Shown here piece after piece: positions 9,361-17,062 of a stretch of 34,573 nucleotides of DNA. This DNA is from a virus (Duplodnaviria > Caudoviricetes): IMG/VR virus record IMGVR_UViG_3300017766_001405, positions 1 to 34,573 of that record. One strand, written 5' to 3'. The position numbers were made by a program, and so were the translations under genes. Under the pieces are notes generated by a model. That model did not search any database and had not been told where the DNA came from. It saw nothing but the letters and a program-made list of their open reading frames with translations. Each line of letters opens with the position of its first letter. Positions within the stretch are counted from its first letter, which is position 1.

Positions 9361-9798
9361 GTGGCTCAACCGATCACAACACGCTTTGGCAAATTTCGGA
9401 TTCTACTAGACCTTGCTGGCACTGGCACATATAGCGCGCCTTGCGGCTTTACCAGCAAGAGCTTGACGCTCAATAAATCACTGTCTGAAGTTTCAATTCC
9501 AGACTGTGACGATCCTGATGCTCCTATCGTCATTGCCCGCGATGTTGAATCTATTAGCGCCTCCGTATCCGGTGAAGGCGTTCTTGCCGCATCGGCTATT
9601 GTGACGTGGCTTGATGCGTACGAAGGTACGAATTCCGTCGCTGTGAAGGTCGAAGTTGAGTTTTCGACTGGAACCGTGACTTGGACAGGCAATATGCACA
9701 TTGAATCACTGGAAATCGGCGCAGAACAGGGTGGACGCGCTATCTTGAACGTTTCGATGCAATCTGATGGCGCTCTTGTTCGCACGGATACATTCTGA
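9361..9798 (+). CDS. Major tail tube protein (GTA gp9/TP901-1-like)
   Basis: GTG start with RBS aggagg; CGFTSKSL, PDCDDPD, SVSGEG, SMQSDG. Confidence 0.88.
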   Translation: MAQPITTRFGKFRILLDLAGTGTYSAPCGFTSKSLTLNKSLSEVSIPDCDDPDAPIVIARDVESISASVSGEGVLAASAIVTWLDAYEGTNSVAVKVEVEFSTGTVTWTGNMHIESLEIGAEQGGRAILNVSMQSDGALVRTDTF

Positions 9799-10154
9799 TG
9801 TCTCGTGACGCCAGCATAGAACTGCCAATCTGGGACGGAAGTTATACCTTCCGTCTCGGTTGGGGAGAATTGGCGCTACTGCAAGAAAAATGCGATGCAG
9901 GCCCTTACTACATCCTCAACCGGATGCAGGCAGGCGCATGGCGACTGGAAGACATTGAAGGGTGCTTGCGGCTTGGCCTTATCGGTGCAGGGCGCAAGCC
10001 TGAAGAAGCGACCAAGCTTATCGCCACGCATGTCAAGAGCCGACCTGCCGGTGAATACGTGTTGCACGCCACGCTTGTTTTGCAAGCCGCCCTTCTAGGC
10101 GCGCCGGATGAACCGTTGGGGGAGCCAGAGGCACCAAATCAGACGGACCAATAG
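9798..10154 (+). CDS. Tail assembly chaperone G (GTA gp10-like)
   Basis: FRLGWGELALLQE...LRLGLIGAG; position between tail tube and tape measure genes. Confidence 0.85.
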   Translation: MSRDASIELPIWDGSYTFRLGWGELALLQEKCDAGPYYILNRMQAGAWRLEDIEGCLRLGLIGAGRKPEEATKLIATHVKSRPAGEYVLHATLVLQAALLGAPDEPLGEPEAPNQTDQ

Positions 10155-10372
10155 ATGACCTGCCGAGAGGTAAGATCCGGTTTGGTGCCATTTACGGCAC
10201 GGCTGCTGCGATAGGATGGACCATTGCAGATGTGAAATCGTGCAGCATGTGGGAGTTTATGGCAGCCGTTGAAGGCTACGTGAAAGCCAATTCACCCGAT
10301 GACGGAAAGCTGTCAAGCGGTGAGGTTGATGACATGTGGCAGTGGCTAGAAGCTAAGGCTGCTTCTGACTAG
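10118..10372 (+). CDS. Tail assembly chaperone GT extension (probable -1 frameshift product; not in ORF track)
   Basis: The -1 frame is open from the G run at 10118-10122 to TAG 10370-10372: GGARGTKSDGPIDDLPRGKIRFGAIYGTAAAIGWTIADVKSCSMWEFMAAVEGY... Confidence 0.75.
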   Translation, partial: GGARGTKSDGPIDDLPRGKIRFGAIYGTAAAIGWTIADVKSCSMWEFMAAVEGYVKANSPDDGKLSSGEVDDMWQWLEAKAASD

Positions 10373-10601
10373 CTATGAGTGCGATGAGTGCAGCGGCTTG
10401 GCGGTCGCTGGCTTCGCGTATAGCTATCAGGTTGTTGAGTATCGCACCAAGGGCATAGATGCCCGCGCCGGAAATCATAAATGGCAAAGCGTACACAAGC
10501 AACATGACGCCGCCGCCGCGCGTTGTTATTGCTGCGACTATGACGCCAGCAAGTGTTAGCCAAAACACGGCTCCACCAGCAATCTTTAAAAATCCATCCA
10601 T
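10353..10601 (-). CDS. Small two-TM membrane protein (moron), opposite to the late operon
   Basis: 82 aa from MDGFLK with RBS ggag; two hydrophobic segments; own promoter. Confidence 0.7.
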   Translation of the reverse strand: MDGFLKIAGGAVFWLTLAGVIVAAITTRGGGVMLLVYALPFMISGAGIYALGAILNNLIAIREASDRQAAALIALIASQKQP

Positions 10602-10628
10602 GCCCATCTCCATTTTGATGACTTTTAT

Positions 10629-10657
10629 ATTAGTCGCATAAAAAACAAAAATGTCAA
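10629..10657 (-). promoter_or_regulatory. sigma70 promoter for the moron
   Basis: Minus strand TTGACA (10652-10657), N17, ACTAAT (10629-10634). Confidence 0.6.
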
Positions 10658-10675
10658 GCAAAAAGGTAAAGTCAT

Positions 10676-12976
10676 ATGGCTGCAACAGATCTTGAGCGCC
10701 TAGTTGTGCAACTTTCTGCCGACATTACCAAATATAACAACGCGATGAACAAAGCGCTTGGACAGACAAATAAGCAAGCGCGCGCTATCGAAAATCGCTT
10801 TGCGAAGATGAATAATGGCATTAGCGCTGATTTTTCAGGGTTGGCCGGGAAAGCTGCTGCTGCTTTTGCGGCTATCGGTGGCGTTACCGCTTTTAAAGAA
10901 TTGTCCGACGCGGCAACGCGCATTGATAATTCTCTGAAGGTAGCTGGCCTTTCCGGTGCGGAGCTGGAAAAAGTGTATCAGAGCTTGAATAAGGCTGCCG
11001 TAGAAAATGGCGCTCCACTAGAAACTCTCGCTGAGCTTTATAGCCGAGTGGCGCAGAACCAAAAAGAGCTTGGTGCGTCATCGACTGATCTTACCAGTTT
11101 TACTGACAATATTGCGTTGGCTTTGCGCGCCTCTGGCAAATCTGCTGAAGCGTCAAGTGGCGCATTATTGCAGCTTGGGCAAGCGCTTGGTGGCGGGACT
11201 ATCCAGGCTGAAGAATACAACAGCTTGATTGATGGTCTCCCAACCGTGCTTCAGGCAGCTGCGGCAGGCTTAAAAGAGGCGGGCGGATCTGTCGCGAAGC
11301 TCACTGCATTGGTGAAGGACGGAAAAGTCTCCAGCGAAGTTTTCTTCCGAGCCTTCGAAGCTGGCGCGCCGATGTTGCAAGAAAAGGTCGCTAACTCTGT
11401 CTTCACAATTGAGCAATCTCTTGGAAACTTGAAAACCGCATTGATTGATTCAGTCCGTGAGTTCAATAATGCCACTGGTGCAAGTGAAAGTTTTGCTGGT
11501 GGAATTAACACGATAGCCAAAGCGATCAACGATTTCGATATAACAAGTCTGATCAATAAGATTCGTGAGGCGAAAAACGAGCTTGACGCATACCTGAATA
11601 GCATTGGTAATGCTGACGTATTCAAAAGTCTAAACCAAACGCTTGGCGCTACTAACGCCAACAACGAGATCATCAACCCTGATGTTTCGGCAGCCAACGA
11701 TAAAATTGCTGGTCTTGAGCGCGACCTTGCTTTGTTGCAAGAGCGCATCGGCATGAATACCGAAATGGGCTTTGATAATACCGAAGCTCTTGCTCGTATT
11801 GGCGAAGTGCAGGCGGCATTGGCCAGCGCAAGGGCTGCTGCTGCTAATTTGCCTGCGACAGTGGATTCATTGAATGTTGTGCCAGGATCTGGGATCGAGC
11901 CTACCGTTGCCACAACAAATGGCCAAATGGGCGGTTCAAGTACACGCGCTACGAGGCGCGCGAAGGTTACCCCTGTTTCCATCACTGATTTCAAGCCACC
12001 AACTACCAAAGCAAAGAGCGGCGGCAGTGGCACCAAGAAAGAATCCGACTACGAAAACGAAATCCAAAAAATCAGAGAGCGCACCGCATCTTTGCAGGCT
12101 GAAACAGCCGCGCAAGCGCTTGTTAACCCGCTCATTGATGACTATGGTTATGCGTCAACCAGAGCAACTACAGCCCAAGAACTGCTAACGGCCGCTCAAA
12201 ACTCTGGCTTGGCGGCGGGCAAGGAGCTGAGTAGCGTTGCGCAACTCTTGAGCGGCGATTTCGCTGGTCTGTCTCCGGCGGCACAGGCGCAAGCCCAATC
12301 AATGTTGACGCTTGCTAATGGCTATGCGGCCGCATCGGCTGGTGCTGAGAACTTGCAAGATAGCCAGCAAAGAGCGCGTGAAGCGGCGGATGAGTTTAAA
12401 TCAACCGCAAAGGACGTTACGAGCGGGTTTATTTCCGACTTGCGCAGTGGTGTTTCGGCAGCCGATGCGCTATCTAACGCCTTGGACAAGGTTGTTGATA
12501 AATTGCTGGACGTTGCGCTCAATAGCGCGTTCGGGATTGGCGGTGGCGGTGGCTTTTTGTCGCTGTTCGGGCTTAAGGACGGCGGAGCGGTCAAGGCTTA
12601 CGCCGGCGGCGGCAAGGTGTCTGGACCAGGTGGCCCACGCAGCGACAAGGTGCTTGCGCGCCTTTCCAATGGTGAATTTGTTGTCAATGCAGCCGCCACG
12701 AAGAAAAACCGTGCGTTGCTAGAGGCGTTGAATGGTGGGCTACCTGCCTTTGCAAATGGCGGCATGGTTGGCTCCGCGCCTAGCTTGCCGTCTATCAGCA
12801 AGGCGGGCAGCGGCGCTGGGTCATCTTACGCGCCAACCTATGTCATTGACGCACGTGGCGCTGATCAGGCAGCTGTGGCGCGTCTAGAGCGCGGGCTTGC
12901 GGAACGTGACGCCACGGAAAGCAAGCGGGTTGCCGGATACAATCAGCGCAGCCAGGTTCGCAAAACAAGAGCTTAA
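10676..12976 (+). CDS. Tape measure protein
   Basis: 766 aa, Ala-rich and helical; LERLVVQLSAD, QLGQALGGGTIQAEEYNS, GGKVSGPG...SDKVLARLSNGEFV. Confidence 0.93.
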   Translation: MAATDLERLVVQLSADITKYNNAMNKALGQTNKQARAIENRFAKMNNGISADFSGLAGKAAAAFAAIGGVTAFKELSDAATRIDNSLKVAGLSGAELEKVYQSLNKAAVENGAPLETLAELYSRVAQNQKELGASSTDLTSFTDNIALALRASGKSAEASSGALLQLGQALGGGTIQAEEYNSLIDGLPTVLQAAAAGLKEAGGSVAKLTALVKDGKVSSEVFFRAFEAGAPMLQEKVANSVFTIEQSLGNLKTALIDSVREFNNATGASESFAGGINTIAKAINDFDITSLINKIREAKNELDAYLNSIGNADVFKSLNQTLGATNANNEIINPDVSAANDKIAGLERDLALLQERIGMNTEMGFDNTEALARIGEVQAALASARAAAANLPATVDSLNVVPGSGIEPTVATTNGQMGGSSTRATRRAKVTPVSITDFKPPTTKAKSGGSGTKKESDYENEIQKIRERTASLQAETAAQALVNPLIDDYGYASTRATTAQELLTAAQNSGLAAGKELSSVAQLLSGDFAGLSPAAQAQAQSMLTLANGYAAASAGAENLQDSQQRAREAADEFKSTAKDVTSGFISDLRSGVSAADALSNALDKVVDKLLDVALNSAFGIGGGGGFLSLFGLKDGGAVKAYAGGGKVSGPGGPRSDKVLARLSNGEFVVNAAATKKNRALLEALNGGLPAFANGGMVGSAPSLPSISKAGSGAGSSYAPTYVIDARGADQAAVARLERGLAERDATESKRVAGYNQRSQVRKTRA

Positions 12977-12987
12977 AAGGAGCCGAC

Positions 12988-13710
12988 ATGGCACGACTAT
13001 TGAGCTGGCCTGTTGGCTTGCGTTGGAACAAATGGAAGTGGCTTGCTGGGCCTGAATCAATTGGTTCTTCTAGCAGCACTTCTGTTGGCGACTTCACGCA
13101 AACGGTTGCATCGCCGTTCGGCGCACGACACATTCAATTGTCGTTTCCAATCCTAAAAGGTAAACAAGCCCGCCGAGCGCGTGGGCTTGTTACGGCACTG
13201 CATAAAGGGGCCAACGCTGTTCGATTGCATATGTGCGATTGGGACGGCATGTCTTTAGCGGACGCTGGCGTTTCCGTCACTAAAGCACAGCTGCAGGCTG
13301 GAGCGCCATGGAACAATGGGCTTGGATTCGACAACGGAGAAAACTTCCATATCTCAAAGCCGAATGTTGCTGTTTCTGAAGCGGCGGCAATAAATGCAAC
13401 CATCATCCAGCTATCTGATCAGTTCTGGGGACATGAACTTGGAAGCGGTGATTGGATTGGCTTCTTCCCGCTGCACTTTGGCCTTTACGAAGTCACCGAA
13501 GATTTTGGCGATGGGCGTTATCGCATTTGGCCCCCATTGCGCAAGGCTGTTCCGGTTGGAAGCTATGCCACGCAATATCCAACCATGGCAATGCGCTTGA
13601 AAGCTGACAACTTGCCGGATGCTGATCGTGGCGCGGCTTTTCTTGAGGGGCTTACGATTTCTCTTCTGGAAGTGTTCGACTACGACGCGCGGGATTATTT
13701 CAATGACTGA
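12988..13710 (+). CDS. Distal tail (Dit-like) protein
   Basis: First gene after tape measure; IWPPLR motif; RBS aaggag. Confidence 0.6.
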   Translation: MARLLSWPVGLRWNKWKWLAGPESIGSSSSTSVGDFTQTVASPFGARHIQLSFPILKGKQARRARGLVTALHKGANAVRLHMCDWDGMSLADAGVSVTKAQLQAGAPWNNGLGFDNGENFHISKPNVAVSEAAAINATIIQLSDQFWGHELGSGDWIGFFPLHFGLYEVTEDFGDGRYRIWPPLRKAVPVGSYATQYPTMAMRLKADNLPDADRGAAFLEGLTISLLEVFDYDARDYFND

Positions 13711-13906
13711 TCGTGACGTTACTACAATGCGCCGCCGCCAATTGGCCGCGCTTCATACGCAAGAGATGCAGGATGCTTTGTTCCCGCATGTCGGCAGGCC
13801 GGACGATGAAATCAGCGATGAAGAAAAAGCCGCCACACAAGCAAATGTCACAGCATTGGCGGCGGCGCATCGTGCAGAAATAAAGGCTTGGCAGGCCGCA
13901 AATTGA
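13703..13906 (+). CDS. Small hypothetical protein in the tail-tip region
   Basis: 67 aa from MTDRDV, overlapping the upstream stop and filling the gap. Confidence 0.55.
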   Translation: MTDRDVTTMRRRQLAALHTQEMQDALFPHVGRPDDEISDEEKAATQANVTALAAAHRAEIKAWQAAN

Positions 13907-13915
13907 GGTTCTGAC

Positions 13916-14497
13916 ATGGCTAATATTTTTTCAGCAGACGACCGAGCTTTTTTACGCAGGCCGCATATTTCCCGCGTTTGGTTTGCCGAACTCGATTTGC
14001 CATCCGGGATAACGAGACTGCACAGCGGTGCCGGTCGCGTTATCGTTGGTGGCTATGAATGGCGCGGGATTACCGATCCAGGCGGTAATCAATTGGTTTC
14101 GGTTGGCGCTGTTGAGGAGCCTCGCTTTGGTGCCGCCGCTAAAATCGACATTGTGATCAGTGGCGTCAATATCGACTTGCTGCGCTATATCAAAGACACA
14201 GCGCGAGCGATGGAAGGCCGAAGAGCAAATATATATTGGTGCGCGTTTGACCAAGAGACTGCGGATCCGTGGTCTGGTGGAATGAAGAAGCTCTGGCCGG
14301 GGCGTTTATCGTCGCCAGTCATTCGCTGGGCCGGTACTGGCGTGCGAACCATATCGCTTGCCGTTGAAGGCCCATGGCAAAGCCAAGATTATGCGTTTGG
14401 CGGAAAATGGAATCCGGCTGATCAGCGGCGGCGCTATGCTGGCGACAAGGGCTTGGATTTTGTGGGTGTCGAGGTGCAGGAGATTATCAAAGCATGA
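13916..14497 (+). CDS. Tail tip/hub protein (DUF2163/gpL-like)
   Basis: GGYEWRG and DQRRRYAGDKGLDFV; position. Confidence 0.7.
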   Translation: MANIFSADDRAFLRRPHISRVWFAELDLPSGITRLHSGAGRVIVGGYEWRGITDPGGNQLVSVGAVEEPRFGAAAKIDIVISGVNIDLLRYIKDTARAMEGRRANIYWCAFDQETADPWSGGMKKLWPGRLSSPVIRWAGTGVRTISLAVEGPWQSQDYAFGGKWNPADQRRRYAGDKGLDFVGVEVQEIIKA

Positions 14498-14919
14498 GCG
14501 ATTTTGATCTTGCGGCTAGAGCGCTTGCGTACGCCGAGGCATCCATCAACGAGCCTACGGTTTGGGGCGAAAGCGATTGCACTGCTTGGGCGCGCAGATG
14601 GGTTGAGCAAATCCACGGCAAGCGCATGAAGCTTCCTAAGTGGTGCAGCAAAGAGCAAGCTCTGGCTTATATCGAAAAGGCGGGCTCGCTCGAAAATCTT
14701 TGGTCTCCAGCAGTTGAATCCTACGGTTTGCGTGTCCGCTACGGTGAGCCGCAAGCTGGCGATGTTGGCATTATCAAGACACATCTCTTCCCGCAAGTCG
14801 GCGGAATTTTCTTGGCTCATGGTCTTTTTGCGTGGCGCGCAGAGCCGCACGGCGCGAGAGTAATTAGGCCGCGTCCGAAAACAATTGTCAAGGTTTGGGT
14901 GTGCAATGAAACTATTTAG
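14494..14919 (+). CDS. NlpC/P60-like tail tip assembly protein
   Basis: WGESDC and PQAGDVG motifs. Confidence 0.75.
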   Translation: MSDFDLAARALAYAEASINEPTVWGESDCTAWARRWVEQIHGKRMKLPKWCSKEQALAYIEKAGSLENLWSPAVESYGLRVRYGEPQAGDVGIIKTHLFPQVGGIFLAHGLFAWRAEPHGARVIRPRPKTIVKVWVCNETI

Positions 14920-17029
14920 AGTTCTTCTGCTCACCGGAGCGGCGTATGCTGTAGCAACGCAAGCTCACGCTGAGGTCGTCAGTTTTTCAATTTTCAGTGC
15001 ACTTTACAGCATCGGTGTTTCCGGTGCTGTTGCCAACGCTATTTCTCTCATTGCAATTCCAGCGCTTGCTATTGGTGCATCGCTGGTGTTTGGGAAACAA
15101 AGCAGCGCATCCGTTACCGCAAGCGACGCAAAAAGCACTTTTGAGACTAGCGAATCGCAGGTTATTGAGGGCATTGGCCGGGTCAGGATTGGGGGGCTGA
15201 ATGCCTTCGGTAATTCTGACGGCTCCACCCGCGCACGGTTGATTTGCCGGTTGCAAGGCCCGATTGACGCGGTTGAAGAATATTACATTGGCGGGCGCGA
15301 GGTTGTTGTAGACACGGACGGGTCAGTCAGTTCGCCTCCGTGGGCAAGAGCTGGTGGGTCGTGGTGCAATTGGCAGGACAAAAAAGGCGACGGCTCGGAA
15401 ACTGCATGGTCTGGCCTAATGTCACTGTTCCCCGCGCTGTGGACTTCCGATCACAGAGCGAGAGGCATAGCGCAAAGCCAGATTATCTGGTACAATCCCG
15501 GACTTTCTGAGGATAAATATTTTACCCTTTATCAGGGGGGCATACCAGACACGGAACAGCTTATTCGTGCATCAAAAATCTACGATCCACGAACTGGCGC
15601 GACCGCATGGTCAGATAATGGCGTGCTTGCTTGCGCTCATATTTTGCAGCGTGATCCTGTTTTTACAGACGACACAATTGATTGGGGCTTGATTGCGTCT
15701 GAAGCCAATAAGGCAGACGTTCTAGTTGCCACCCGTACCGGCACGGAAAAGCGTTCGCGCGCGTGGGGTGTTTGGGGTTGGGAAACCAGTCGAAGCGAAG
15801 TCATGCAGCAGCTCATGGATTCCGTTGGCGTTGAATTGCGGACAACGGACGTTGGTAAGGTTTGGTTCCAGTTGATTGACGACGATCACGCGTCTGAAGT
15901 TGATTTTGGACCGAGAGACGGCGTTGAGGTCTCTTGGCGAAGTGGGCCTGAAGCCGTAGAGCGTCCAAATATTTTGCGATTGAGCTATTACTCGCCAGAG
16001 CGGAATTATGAATCGGCTGAAATCGATTTGATTGGCAAGGCGTGGGCAAGCGTTGATGACGAGGTTGCTCGGTATGGTCCGAAATACCTTGACATCAACC
16101 TTCTTTTCTGCCCGTCCGCAAGCCAGGCACAGAGAATAGGTCGGCGCAAGTTTGCGCAGGCGCGCGGCGACACAGGATCAATCAGTACTGACATGGCTGG
16201 TCTTGCCGCATGGGGGCTGCTTTATGCGGAGGTTGCGTTGCCCGATTTGGGCGATGTGCTGCCTGTGCGAATGGAAGCGCCTCGCGTAAACGACGACAAC
16301 GGTACAGTTGAAATTCCTTTCTCTGTGTGGCCAACATTGACAGCGTGGAACCCGGCAACAGACGAGGCGGCGGCACCAGACCCAATCCCAGATTTTGAAT
16401 ATGAATCTGACTTGACGACTCCGAACGCGCCAAACGACGCCACACAAATCACATATCCAGATGGCGGCAAAGAATTTCGCGTTGGGTATTCTTTGCCTGC
16501 ACAAACGATTGATACAATTGAATGCACGTATCGTTCTTATACTTCTGGACTGCCAAACTCTTGGACTGGCATGACGGAAAGCAGCAACGTCTGCGCGTTT
16601 GCGAATGTCGATCTTACCGGGTCTACTATTGATGCTCGCGTTCGCGTTTTTTACGAGGATGATGGCAGCTATTTTTCGCCGCTGCTTAATGCAGGCGTTG
16701 GACCAAACAACACTGCCTGTGGAGCTCCGACCGCAACTGGCGGCATAACTACGCCGGACGGCGGCATACCAACCCTAAACTTGTCCGTTACGGTTCCAGA
16801 GTTGCGCGCCGCATCTGTCACGCTGGAGAGAAGTGTCGGCGGAGTATGGTCTGTCGTTAGCCACCAAAACATTAGGCCGGGTCAGACGATTACGTTTTCC
16901 AGCGCCGCTCTGACCGGATCTTCGGTCACGACATATTGGCGACTGCAAACGCGCACGTCGAATGGGACTGGCGGGCCTTACGCTACCTACGCATACACCA
17001 CTGCCGATACAAGCGGCGGAAGCGGCTAA
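14906..17029 (+). CDS. Central tail tip/host-specificity (gpJ-like) protein
   Basis: GRVRIGG, KIYDPRTG...WSDN, SASQAQRIG; C-terminal Fn3/Ig-like beta domains. Start MKLFRV at 14906. Confidence 0.85.
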   Translation: MKLFRVLLLTGAAYAVATQAHAEVVSFSIFSALYSIGVSGAVANAISLIAIPALAIGASLVFGKQSSASVTASDAKSTFETSESQVIEGIGRVRIGGLNAFGNSDGSTRARLICRLQGPIDAVEEYYIGGREVVVDTDGSVSSPPWARAGGSWCNWQDKKGDGSETAWSGLMSLFPALWTSDHRARGIAQSQIIWYNPGLSEDKYFTLYQGGIPDTEQLIRASKIYDPRTGATAWSDNGVLACAHILQRDPVFTDDTIDWGLIASEANKADVLVATRTGTEKRSRAWGVWGWETSRSEVMQQLMDSVGVELRTTDVGKVWFQLIDDDHASEVDFGPRDGVEVSWRSGPEAVERPNILRLSYYSPERNYESAEIDLIGKAWASVDDEVARYGPKYLDINLLFCPSASQAQRIGRRKFAQARGDTGSISTDMAGLAAWGLLYAEVALPDLGDVLPVRMEAPRVNDDNGTVEIPFSVWPTLTAWNPATDEAAAPDPIPDFEYESDLTTPNAPNDATQITYPDGGKEFRVGYSLPAQTIDTIECTYRSYTSGLPNSWTGMTESSNVCAFANVDLTGSTIDARVRVFYEDDGSYFSPLLNAGVGPNNTACGAPTATGGITTPDGGIPTLNLSVTVPELRAASVTLERSVGGVWSVVSHQNIRPGQTITFSSAALTGSSVTTYWRLQTRTSNGTGGPYATYAYTTADTSGGSG

Positions 17030-17062
17030 CACAGCACAAAGAATCCAAAGAAGGAACTACAA

